IMG/VR virus record: IMGVR_UViG_3300027971_000046
Location: 1 to 64,000 of that record
DNA length: 64,000 nt
Reading direction: 5' to 3' (one strand)
From: a virus
Translations under genes and position numbers: made by a program
The notes under the pieces: model-generated
Seen by the model: the letters and a program-made list of their open reading frames with translations, nothing else
The model's database searches: none
Told to the model about the DNA's origin: nothing
In this document: positions 38,058-45,753 of the stretch, piece after piece
Layout of the letters: each line of letters starts with the position of its first letter
How positions within the stretch are numbered: position 1 is the first letter of the stretch

Positions 38058-38840
38058 ATGGCAACCGCCTCAACTATCGCACCCACGCGCCGTTCCGCCC
38101 GTTCGCCCATGCAGTACAAGCCCTACACGCTCAACCCGTCCGCAGTTCCCTACGGTCTGTGGATTGACATTCCGTTCCGCAAGCGCGGCAGCACGGCTAT
38201 CCGCTCCGAAGCGAAGGGTCGCGGTGCGCGTTTCTGCCCCGCCGCCAAGGGCACGATCAAGTGGTGGATGCCCAACAACCGCCTGACTGCGGACACCGTG
38301 AATTGGCTCAATCAGTACGAAATGATTCGCGGTGAGCGCAAGGCTCCCGTGTTCAACCCCAACGCCATGACGGTCGCGGACATCAACCTCGCGTACCCGT
38401 TCCGCGTGTACCTTGCCGTGCCGTTCGCAGACAAGGACTTTGCGAAGAACGCGGGTGCGCTGTGGAGCAGCGAGGACAAGCGGTGGTACTACAATGCCAC
38501 CAACCTCACGCAGCACCGCTTTGACGAAATGCTGAAGAAGCAGTGGGTGTTCTCGTTCCACGGTGTGCTGAAGAGCGACCCCACGCACACCGCTGTGGGT
38601 GTGTACTTCTTCAAGGAAGACTTTGGTGGAGGAGTTGCGGTGCAGAGTGTTGCCGCGCCGTTCGTGCCGCAAGTGTGGACTTTCGTGAAGAACGGATTGA
38701 TGATCACGATGAACACGATGGCAGACGGTCGCATCGCTCTTGAATCCGAGGATCAGTCCTATGTGGACGGTACTTATACGAAGGACGAAGCGCGTATCAC
38801 TTGGAACGCGCTCCTCTCTGACGGTTGGGTGCTTGCCTAA
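38058..38840 (+). CDS. DUF5710-like repeat protein, leaderless
   Basis: VPFADKDFAKNAGALW..KRWY plus an upstream degenerate copy; TTGACG-18-TACAAT promoter. Confidence 0.65.
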   Translation: MATASTIAPTRRSARSPMQYKPYTLNPSAVPYGLWIDIPFRKRGSTAIRSEAKGRGARFCPAAKGTIKWWMPNNRLTADTVNWLNQYEMIRGERKAPVFNPNAMTVADINLAYPFRVYLAVPFADKDFAKNAGALWSSEDKRWYYNATNLTQHRFDEMLKKQWVFSFHGVLKSDPTHTAVGVYFFKEDFGGGVAVQSVAAPFVPQVWTFVKNGLMITMNTMADGRIALESEDQSYVDGTYTKDEARITWNALLSDGWVLA

Positions 38841-38847
38841 AAGGAGA

Positions 38848-39120
38848 ATGACACAAATGTGCAATTACGAACACTGTGACAGTTGCGGTTGCCGCGTCCA
38901 CGCCAAGGCGCGGATGGTGGTGGAGTCCCTGCCGTGTGATGTGGCTTCCGCCAATGTGGGCGAGAGCGCGACCCTGTGCCGCCGTTGCTACGGCATCGTG
39001 TCGGGCAAGGACGCGCCTGTGCCTGATGACAACGCGAACCCGTGCCGCTGCTGCGGCGAAATCGTTTACGACACCGACTACGACACCTGTGACACCTGTG
39101 AGGAGACTGACAATGGCTAA
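38848..39120 (+). CDS. Cys-rich zinc-finger-like protein
   Basis: Four CxxC pairs; SD AAGGAG. Confidence 0.6.
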   Translation: MTQMCNYEHCDSCGCRVHAKARMVVESLPCDVASANVGESATLCRRCYGIVSGKDAPVPDDNANPCRCCGEIVYDTDYDTCDTCEETDNG

Positions 39121-39364
39121 CACCAAGACCAAGAAGAAGATTCGTAAGCCCGCAATTTTCCGCACCCGCAACATATACGCTGAAGCCTTTGTTGAGATCA
39201 GCGGTCGGCGTACCGTTCGCTTCTACGACAGAGGCAGCGTAGGGATGTGGTCGGATGTGGGAGTCACCGTCCCGAGCATTGCGGAATTCACCAAGTTCAC
39301 CGAGTGGATGAAGAAGGCACGGGCATGGACGCGACAGAGGAACTTCAAGGAGGAAACCAAGTGA
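39113..39364 (+). CDS. hypothetical protein, first unit of the cassette array
   Basis: Ends NFKEETK* in a junction repeat. Confidence 0.6.
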   Translation: MANTKTKKKIRKPAIFRTRNIYAEAFVEISGRRTVRFYDRGSVGMWSDVGVTVPSIAEFTKFTEWMKKARAWTRQRNFKEETK

Positions 39365-39567
39365 GCGACGAAGAGCGCGAGTACCTGAACGAAACGATCA
39401 GGAACCTCAACAATCAACTCGTTGATGCGTTGCGTGAGCGTGACGAGGCGAGGCGGATGTGCTGTGAGCGAGCCGCTATGGATGAGAGCGGATATGTGAA
39501 GCATGGAACCATGCTCCACTTCGCAGAGTCTCGCGGCTGGGACTGCTACAAGGAGGACTGCAAGTGA
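39361..39567 (+). CDS. ERDEARR...GWDC family small protein
   Basis: GTG start within the junction; paralog of 40445-40651. Confidence 0.7.
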   Translation: MSDEEREYLNETIRNLNNQLVDALRERDEARRMCCERAAMDESGYVKHGTMLHFAESRGWDCYKEDCK

Positions 39568-39782
39568 GCGAATACAAATGGGAAAAACTCAAAGGCAAGC
39601 GGCTACTGCTGACTGACAGGATCACGCGAATCCAACGCAGCGAATGGACTCTGCTTGAAATCTCCCCAAACGGCAAGGTGGGGAAGTTCCGCAACGAACT
39701 TGCCGACACCTGTTTTTGGACTGACCTTGATGATCTTGTTGTGGTGGATGTGCTTCCACCTAACAAGGAGGACGGCAAGTGA
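39564..39782 (+). CDS. hypothetical cassette protein
   Basis: Starts and ends in junction repeats. Confidence 0.65.
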   Translation: MSEYKWEKLKGKRLLLTDRITRIQRSEWTLLEISPNGKVGKFRNELADTCFWTDLDDLVVVDVLPPNKEDGK

Positions 39783-40009
39783 ACGAACACGATGCCATCG
39801 CAAGGATCAAGAGGCTGTCTCACAACATTAACTGTGCCGATGAGATCTGGAACTGTGCCGATGAGATCGCAGAAGTGATTGAGCGGCTAATCAATGAGCG
39901 TGATGAGGCGAGGCGGATGTATTGCGGGCGGGCATCCCGCGATGTGCCGCTTGATGCGTTTGATATTGCGAAGAACCACGGTTGGGATTGCTTCAAGGAG
40001 AACACATGA
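39779..40009 (+). CDS. ERDEARR...GWDC family small protein
   Basis: Same motifs; internal NCADEI duplication. Confidence 0.7.
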   Translation: MNEHDAIARIKRLSHNINCADEIWNCADEIAEVIERLINERDEARRMYCGRASRDVPLDAFDIAKNHGWDCFKENT

Positions 40010-40164
40010 AGATTAGAGCAGGAAAGTTCGTACACGATGCGCTCCGCGAGGGGCAACGCTTGCGCCCGAAGACATGGGGCAAGAAGGATCGCTGTCCCCG
40101 CAAAGCACGGCGTGATGCCAAGCGCGAGGTGCGCGGCTGGGACTGTTTCAAAGATAATGCTTGA
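40006..40164 (+). CDS. small basic cassette protein
   Basis: ATGA coupling; ends GWDCFKDNA*. Confidence 0.55.
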   Translation: MKIRAGKFVHDALREGQRLRPKTWGKKDRCPRKARRDAKREVRGWDCFKDNA

Positions 40165-40189
40165 CAACACCAATAGACTGTACTATACT
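40161..40189 (+). promoter_or_regulatory. near-consensus sigma70 promoter (copy 1)
   Basis: TTGACA-17-TATACT. Confidence 0.85.
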
Positions 40190-40208
40190 AACAACAAGGA
40201 GATTGACA

Positions 40209-40448
40209 ATGACTAAGACTAAGACCGCAACCAAGACCAAGAATAGGACTAATCACATGAAGACCGCAACCAAGACCAAGACCAAGAAGAACCTCGTCAG
40301 CCTCCACGACCGCATGGATAAGATTCAAGAAATGATTGAGTTTTTGTCCAACGACATCATGGACGGTACGATCACCAACAACGAGATCACCGACAAGTTG
40401 GACGAGATTGTTACCAAGATTGAGAACTTCAAGGAGGACGGCAAGTGA
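40209..40448 (+). CDS. hypothetical cassette protein
   Basis: SD AAGGAG; KT repeats; ends NFKEDGK*. Confidence 0.6.
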   Translation: MTKTKTATKTKNRTNHMKTATKTKTKKNLVSLHDRMDKIQEMIEFLSNDIMDGTITNNEITDKLDEIVTKIENFKEDGK

Positions 40449-40651
40449 ACGAAGAAGAGCGCGAGTACCTGAATGAAATGATCCGAAGTCTCAACAATCA
40501 ACTCGTTGATGCGTTGCGTGAGCGTGACGAGGCGAGGCGGGAAGCGGCAACATTTTACGCACGTCAGTTCTATAAGGATGACGCTGTTGATCGAATGTCT
40601 CGCATTTATGCGGAAGAGTGTGGTTGGGACTGTTTCAAAGATAACGCTTGA
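40445..40651 (+). CDS. ERDEARR...GWDC family small protein
   Basis: N-terminal half nearly identical to 39361-39567. Confidence 0.7.
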   Translation: MNEEEREYLNEMIRSLNNQLVDALRERDEARREAATFYARQFYKDDAVDRMSRIYAEECGWDCFKDNA

Positions 40652-40676
40652 CAACACCAATAGACTGTGCTATACT
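40648..40676 (+). promoter_or_regulatory. near-consensus sigma70 promoter (copy 2)
   Basis: TTGACA-17-TATACT, near-identical to copy 1. Confidence 0.85.
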
Positions 40677-40700
40677 ATACCAACAACAAGGAGAATAACA

Positions 40701-41054
40701 ATGACTAATCACAACAAGATCGCAGCAGATGAGTTTTGCAACAAGACGCACACTTCACCGATTGAGGCTTATGTCGCCAATCGAATCTATGAGTTGGAGA
40801 CGCAGGTGAATCGGCTGAAGCAGGAGCGGGATGAAGCCTGTGCAGCCATTGAGAAGCCTGCACAGAAGGCAAGCAAGTTCCGCAACCTGACTCAACAGGT
40901 CAACGATGTGCTTGACCTTACCCGTGGCTATGACCCCAACTCTCTTGTGGGACGGATGGCTGCTCTTTTGGAGCAGACCACATTCTACAAGGATCTCTAC
41001 TACAACACCCTGACTCCCGCACAGCGTGAGAACCCCGTGCCTCCAAAGGAGTAA
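40701..41054 (+). CDS. coiled-coil cassette protein
   Basis: SD AAGGAG; KQERDEA motif. Confidence 0.6.
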   Translation: MTNHNKIAADEFCNKTHTSPIEAYVANRIYELETQVNRLKQERDEACAAIEKPAQKASKFRNLTQQVNDVLDLTRGYDPNSLVGRMAALLEQTTFYKDLYYNTLTPAQRENPVPPKE

Positions 41055-41057
41055 AAT

Positions 41058-41711
41058 ATGAAAACTTTGATCGCAACTTTTGCTATTACCACTTCCGCAT
41101 CCGCTGGCATTGTCACCTTCGACAATATCAATCCTCCTGCACCCACCGATCAGACAAGCAATCCTGGCGTTCAATTGACCATGGATGTGGATGGATTTGC
41201 CTTCACTAGCACGAACACCTATTATGGTGACCGCCTATGGTACTACTACACTTTTTGCCCTGCCGTTTGGAGCAGCGGAACTGCTCTTCCCATCGGCATT
41301 CGTGGAACCACAGCAGTCTTTAGCGGGTACTACCAAAACGCTGCTCCAACCTACAATGTCAGTCGAAGCGATGGAAGTTTGTGGGCATTCAACAAGGCAT
41401 ACTTTACCGCTCTTTGGAGTACAGGGGCGATTCATCTTGTTGGTTTGCGTGGTGGAGTTGAGGTTTTCAACTTCACTCAATCCATCAGTAATACGCAGCA
41501 GACGATGGTTAGTTTGTCATCCTACCCAGGTCCAATCAACTGGATTGACACTTTGAAGATCACAAATGAATCAAATGATCTGTATGGTCGTAGGAACTTC
41601 ATCATGGACGATATGTTCTACACCCTTCCTGCTCCAGGTGCATTGGCTCTCATGGGGTGTGGTTTGTTTGGCATTCGCAATCGTCGTCGCTACGAGGAGG
41701 ACGGCAAGTGA
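41058..41711 (+). CDS. secreted protein with PEP-CTERM-like sorting signal
   Basis: Signal peptide (SASA-GIVTFD), FIMDD, LPAPGALALMGCGLFGIRNRRR. Confidence 0.8.
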   Translation: MKTLIATFAITTSASAGIVTFDNINPPAPTDQTSNPGVQLTMDVDGFAFTSTNTYYGDRLWYYYTFCPAVWSSGTALPIGIRGTTAVFSGYYQNAAPTYNVSRSDGSLWAFNKAYFTALWSTGAIHLVGLRGGVEVFNFTQSISNTQQTMVSLSSYPGPINWIDTLKITNESNDLYGRRNFIMDDMFYTLPAPGALALMGCGLFGIRNRRRYEEDGK

Positions 41712-41742
41712 GCGACAGCACAGACCGTCCACGAAAACAAGA

Positions 41743-41772
41743 AGCCGCTCCTCACGGGGCGGCTTTCTTTTT
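41743..41772. terminator. terminator, copy 1 of a 24-bp direct repeat
   Basis: AGCCGCTC-CTCACG-GGGCGGCT followed by a T tract. Confidence 0.75.
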
Positions 41773-41795
41773 GGCTTTAGAACAAGTTGGTCGGT

Positions 41796-42380
41796 TCACT
41801 TCTTTTTTCCCATCACTACCAATCTGATGTTTTCACCAAACTTGTCATTGTATACGATTGAATCGTGCTTGTCTGGATTGTATTTGTCTATAGTCGCAAT
41901 TTTGTTCTTTCTTTGTGATGTATCAACTGCGGATACCTGTCTCATCTTTGCCAATGTTGCCCACAATGAACGGGAACCTGCCGATTGGGTGGGTCCACTT
42001 ATGACACCACCAAACCTGTCTGCAATCATTCCATAGACCTTTGCAGCCAATCCACTCACCTTTGCGTTTCCGCCACGATGGGACGGATGAATGTTTGGTG
42101 TGTCCACAGCAACAATACTTCTTCCATTTCGCCTACCACCGTCAACCAATGGAAATACCCCAATCTGTTTCCCCTCATGGTGTACGGTTACTGTGTCGGC
42201 TCCCATATCGTCTTGAATATGATGAACTTCATATGGACCGATATTTCCCAAATGTGCTATATGCTTGGTGTTCGGATCTGCATTCGGTTTTGTTGAATGC
42301 ACATATCTGCGAGAAGCCGCCCACGGGCGTTCTACTGGCATCTCCGACAAATATTCAACGAACTGCGAGAAGGACTTCAT
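41796..42380 (-). CDS. GNAT-like putative internal head protein
   Basis: MKSFSQFVEYLSE; IHPSHRG..GLAAKVY...SGPTQSAGSRSLW. Confidence 0.6.
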   Translation of the reverse strand: MKSFSQFVEYLSEMPVERPWAASRRYVHSTKPNADPNTKHIAHLGNIGPYEVHHIQDDMGADTVTVHHEGKQIGVFPLVDGGRRNGRSIVAVDTPNIHPSHRGGNAKVSGLAAKVYGMIADRFGGVISGPTQSAGSRSLWATLAKMRQVSAVDTSQRKNKIATIDKYNPDKHDSIVYNDKFGENIRLVVMGKKK

Positions 42381-42438
42381 AGATTGCACCTATTCATTTT
42401 ATGTATACCGATTTTTACTTTCCATTCTTCGTAACCAC

Positions 42439-42466
42439 AGCCGCTCCTCACGGGGCGGCTTTTTTC
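42439..42466. terminator. terminator, copy 2 of a 24-bp direct repeat
   Basis: Identical AGCCGCTCCTCACGGGGCGGCTTT. Confidence 0.75.
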
Positions 42467-42489
42467 ATAGATACTTTCGGAGGTTCGTC

Positions 42490-42810
42490 ATGCTTGACAG
42501 TGAAAAAATCCTCGGCATTGACTTGGTTCGCATTGACGGCGAACACGGCATCTACGGAATATACGAATCCGTGAACGGCGGGGAAGAGTGGCGCAAACTT
42601 GCAGAGTCTAAAAAGATTTACGAACTGCTACAGTTTGCAAAAACCAAGTTTTCAGACGCAACACCAATGGTGTTGCCACAGCAGATTCAAAATATTTTGA
42701 CTTATGAAATCATGGAAGAGGCGGCAGATATGAAGCGGAAGGCAGCAGAAGAAAAAGCAAACCGAAATTGGTTTACGCGACTTCTACATTTCTTTAAACG
42801 CAGGAGATAG
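42490..42810 (+). CDS. hypothetical protein
   Basis: SD GGAGG. Confidence 0.6.
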   Translation: MLDSEKILGIDLVRIDGEHGIYGIYESVNGGEEWRKLAESKKIYELLQFAKTKFSDATPMVLPQQIQNILTYEIMEEAADMKRKAAEEKANRNWFTRLLHFFKRRR

Positions 42811-42812
42811 CC

Positions 42813-42986
42813 ATGAAGAAAACCGAGAAGGAACTCAACGAGGATTTGCTCAACGCAGCAGCACTAGCAGTCCACTCGTATGAGGAATACCTTCTTGATG
42901 TGGTGGGGTGGCGCGAATTGGCTCAAGTCATGGACGGGCTACGCAAGAGCATAACAGCCGTAGACAAACACAAACTATCCAAATAG
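42813..42986 (+). CDS. small hypothetical protein
   Basis: SD AGGAG; MKKTEKELNE... Confidence 0.55.
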   Translation: MKKTEKELNEDLLNAAALAVHSYEEYLLDVVGWRELAQVMDGLRKSITAVDKHKLSK

Positions 42987-43182
42987 TGTTTCGGAGTGAA
43001 GTATAGACTTTTATATTGGGTCTAATTTTCCACTCGTATAAGTATCTGTGTCCAGTGTGAAGGGATAAACTCTTTAGAGTAACACCAGAGTACCATTGAG
43101 TACCAGAGGGACACCCCAAATCAAATATGAGAATAGTGGTAGTGGGGGTTGCATCTCAACGCCCACACGCTACAATAGGTGC

Positions 43183-43287
43183 ATGACGAACGACAAGCCA
43201 AGCAATCTGTGGACGGTTGCACTGCTCATCGTGGCAGGGTTCTGCCTGTACCGCATCGTGTTCCGCCCCAAGGGGAGCAAGTGGTAA
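43183..43287 (+). CDS. small membrane peptide, leaderless
   Basis: TTGCAT-16-TACAAT-6 nt-ATG. Confidence 0.5.
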   Translation: MTNDKPSNLWTVALLIVAGFCLYRIVFRPKGSKW

Positions 43288-43547
43288 TGTTCCGCCTCCA
43301 TATCGACATCCCAATGGGCACAGACGAAGCCACCGCCGCTGCTGTGGCGCAGACTGTGCTGTCTGCTCTACAAACTCCCGAACTACTGTCTGCGCTCCGC
43401 ACACACGGCATCCCGTCTGTAAACTACCGATTAGGACACGACACAGACCGTCAGCGAAGCAATTATTTCGTGAAGACTCCAAGTGGTCATGTGACCAATC
43501 AAAAGTCTCGCATCACTCTTTCCACCGAGGAAACCCATGAAGACTGA
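43287..43547 (+). CDS. hypothetical protein
   Basis: TAATG coupling; NYRLGHDTDRQRSNY. Confidence 0.55.
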   Translation: MFRLHIDIPMGTDEATAAAVAQTVLSALQTPELLSALRTHGIPSVNYRLGHDTDRQRSNYFVKTPSGHVTNQKSRITLSTEETHED

Positions 43548-43740
43548 AACCAAGAAGCCTGTGAAGAAGACGGCAAAGAAGACTGCCACGCCTGTGAAGT
43601 TCAAGACGAAGCCCGTGATCATCAAGCCGTATACCGCAGAGCAGATTGAAACGGTTTTCCTTGCCGTGCTGCTTGGCGCGGTGAGCATTGCAGCCGTGCT
43701 GCTCACGCTCACGCTGTTCATCTCTGTTCTCAAGAACTAA
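43537..43740 (+). CDS. small membrane protein with basic N-terminus
   Basis: KKPVKK region plus C-terminal TM helix. Confidence 0.55.
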   Translation: MKTETKKPVKKTAKKTATPVKFKTKPVIIKPYTAEQIETVFLAVLLGAVSIAAVLLTLTLFISVLKN

Positions 43741-43746
43741 ACCACT

Positions 43747-43817
43747 GGGCGGTGGGCGGACGGCTTCGCAGACCTGCTTATACCAGGTTCATTCAGGATC
43801 GACACCTGAACCGCCTA
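43747..43817 (+). tRNA. atypical tRNA-Ile(UAU)-like gene
   Basis: GGGCGGT/ACCGCCT acceptor, ACCTG-CTTATAC-CAGGT, TCAGG-ATCGACA-CCTGA. Confidence 0.65.
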
Positions 43818-43832
43818 TTTACGAAAACTACC

Positions 43833-44132
43833 ATGCACTACAACAACACCAATCCCGACAGTGAATTCAACGGCAGCAACCCCACGCAAAACGATCAGAT
43901 GGCTTTCATTGATTACGAAGGCGATGGGTTGTGGATGTTTGGCATTGCCACTCCCAATTATCAAATTCAGGATTTCGCTGTTTCAGAAATCATTGATCGT
44001 GACTCCGACCTAAATAAGTTGGTGAAGAGAGCAGTACTGGATTGGGGTGTTGACCCGCATGAACTGTGGGTTTCCCCATGTGGGCGTGAGATTGCGCTGC
44101 TTGCTCTCAACGGCAAGAAGATTGGAGAGTAA
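43833..44132 (+). CDS. hypothetical protein
   Basis: ORF following the tRNA-like gene. Confidence 0.55.
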   Translation: MHYNNTNPDSEFNGSNPTQNDQMAFIDYEGDGLWMFGIATPNYQIQDFAVSEIIDRDSDLNKLVKRAVLDWGVDPHELWVSPCGREIALLALNGKKIGE

Positions 44133-44135
44133 ACC

Positions 44136-44348
44136 ATGAGTACACCCAAGAAGACCACAAGCATTACCCTTGACATGAACATCGGGGACGCTGCGTTCCT
44201 GAAGATTGCCAAGGCGGCTCATGCGAACAACCGCACCTTTAACGATCAGATTAATCGCATCGTGCAGGACGCGGTGGCGAATCTTGATCGTCCTGCGGTC
44301 GCTGTCCCCGCACAACCGTTTGGTTTCTCTGCCAAGCCCCAAGTGTAA
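44136..44348 (+). CDS. small ribbon-helix-helix/Arc-like protein
   Basis: ITLDM..AAFLKIAKAAHANNRTFNDQINRIV. Confidence 0.55.
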   Translation: MSTPKKTTSITLDMNIGDAAFLKIAKAAHANNRTFNDQINRIVQDAVANLDRPAVAVPAQPFGFSAKPQV

Positions 44349-44396
44349 ACGGAGAGCGGCAGTGCCACACGACTTGGGCTGTACAGGAGGTGTGCG

Positions 44397-44633
44397 ATGC
44401 GTGAACGAGACACTAGAGAACTTGAAGCCCTTCGGGACTTGGCGAAAGCCTTTGATAGCCTATGCGGAGACTTGCCGCGACTTGAGAAATACAGACGAGA
44501 TCAACGGGGTCGTATTGGATACACCCCTCACACCCTCGCTCTATTTCGAACCGCGTGGCGATGCTTGAGTGAGTGGAAGCGAGACTTTAAACGGGACACT
44601 AGTGGTTCCGACACAGAGGAGAGTACACCATGA
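44397..44633 (+). CDS. hypothetical protein
   Basis: SD AGGAGG. Confidence 0.5.
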   Translation: MRERDTRELEALRDLAKAFDSLCGDLPRLEKYRRDQRGRIGYTPHTLALFRTAWRCLSEWKRDFKRDTSGSDTEESTP

Positions 44634-44646
44634 AAGGAGCAATGCA

Positions 44647-44844
44647 ATGGGTGGTAAACACGCTGCGGGCAAAGGCGACCGCTATCGTCCAGTGGATCAA
44701 GCGGCTTGGGATCGGAATTGGGAAGCAGTCTTCGGAGACAAAACACGCCGATCTCCCGCCATGCGGAGTAGCCGCAAAGGGAAAACTACAGGGAAAAGAA
44801 ATTCACCGAAAGATTCTGCTGCGCGTGATGCGCGACCTGAGTGA
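44647..44844 (+). CDS. small conserved phage protein
   Basis: GKGDRYRPVD...NWEAVFG. Confidence 0.55.
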   Translation: MGGKHAAGKGDRYRPVDQAAWDRNWEAVFGDKTRRSPAMRSSRKGKTTGKRNSPKDSAARDARPE

Positions 44845-45067
44845 GCAGTACTACGGTTGTGGATGGATCGTGGGACTGGAACACTACCTGTGGACGCTTG
44901 CACTGCGTCAGGACACCGAAGAAGGACAGATTCTGCTGTACTGCGCGGAAATGAGCGGCGGGTGGTGGATGTGGGACGACAAGCAGGAAGCAGCGGTGTT
45001 TGTGCCTCTTCCAATTTGGCGTTCCGCGTACAACGAAAACGAGATGGCGGAATCAGTCAGTCCATAA
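44828..45067 (+). CDS. hypothetical protein
   Basis: MRDLSEQYYGCGWIVGLEHYLW...GGWWMW. Confidence 0.55.
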   Translation: MRDLSEQYYGCGWIVGLEHYLWTLALRQDTEEGQILLYCAEMSGGWWMWDDKQEAAVFVPLPIWRSAYNENEMAESVSP

Positions 45068-45071
45068 ATAC

Positions 45072-45385
45072 CTACGGCATTGTTGATCGTGGACGAAAAC
45101 GCATACAGCACGGGGGTTCAACTCCCCCCGACTCCATTACTCAGATGCGCGAACGCGGAGTGACTGCATCACCCGCCTCTTCCCGCAGTCAAGCCCTCCG
45201 TTTGCAGCGGGGGCAAAACATAAGGGGTCGATTCGGAATCGACTGGTGCGGAGTACTGAAGCAGGAGATGTCCGAGGCGTGTATCAGATCCTCGTTAAAA
45301 AAACTGGTGCAACAATAATTGCTAACCAATTAGCAATGGCGGCTTGAAGCCGTGGGGACTAGCCCTCCCGCATCTGAACGGGCTG
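45072..45385 (+). ncRNA. ssrA: circularly permuted (two-piece) tmRNA
   Basis: Acceptor piece ending GGGGG-TTCAACT-CCCCC-CGACTCCA (45136) precedes GGGGTCGATTCGGAATCGAC (45224); G3:U70; tag ORF ANQLAMAA* at 45321-45347. Confidence 0.88.
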
Positions 45386-45411
45386 AAAAAGGAGCCGCAA
45401 GGCTCCTTTTT
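45386..45411 (+). terminator. intrinsic terminator
   Basis: AAAAAGGAGCC-GCAA-GGCTCCTTTTT. Confidence 0.8.
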
Positions 45412-45442
45412 CCATTTATACATACTAGACGGAGGAAATGGC

Positions 45443-45691
45443 ATGACTTATCTTTTCAACGAAGCAATACAGTTTGGTGGCACAGGTGGACAGTTTGGCG
45501 GAAAGAACAAAGGCGTTCTGCTCACCAATCTCATCGGTAGCGGAAATACTGTAGACATTTACACCTACAAGGCTAACGGCACAACACTTGCAAATCGCGT
45601 GTCGTTGCTGGGCAACGAGTCCAAGATTTTTCAAATTCGTGCTTGGGGTATTTCTTGTGGTGCTGGTATCACAGGCGCACTCCTGTCGTAA
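45443..45691 (+). CDS. small putative virion protein
   Basis: SD GGAGG; TACATA-type late box upstream. Confidence 0.55.
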   Translation: MTYLFNEAIQFGGTGGQFGGKNKGVLLTNLIGSGNTVDIYTYKANGTTLANRVSLLGNESKIFQIRAWGISCGAGITGALLS

Positions 45692-45753
45692 TTAAATAAT
45701 TGGGAATTGCTTCCTCCTCTTGACACGCCCGCCGCACACGCTATACTGTGTGC

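Larger units (their letters stand above)
39341..41711 (+). repeat. dispersed junction-repeat array
   Basis: (A/G)AGGAGGACGGCAAGTGA-like at 39347, 39550, 39765, 40431, 41694; GGYTGGGAYTGYTWCAA at 39535, 39980, 40135, 40622; about 115-bp and 65-bp near-duplicates. Confidence 0.9.

Noticed and set aside
39341-41711. CRISPR array, DGR or classical integron
   Set aside because: Repeats are coding and irregularly spaced; no reverse transcriptase, adenine-specific TR/VR pattern, IntI or attC palindromes in the window
45105-45136. Isolated tRNA fragment or attP site
   Set aside because: It pairs with the downstream GGGGTCG and is explained as the acceptor piece of the permuted tmRNA
45137-45223. 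HDV-like (theta) ribozyme
   Set aside because: P3/L3, the P1.1 GG and the catalytic C strand could not be placed by eye; kept only as a structured segment
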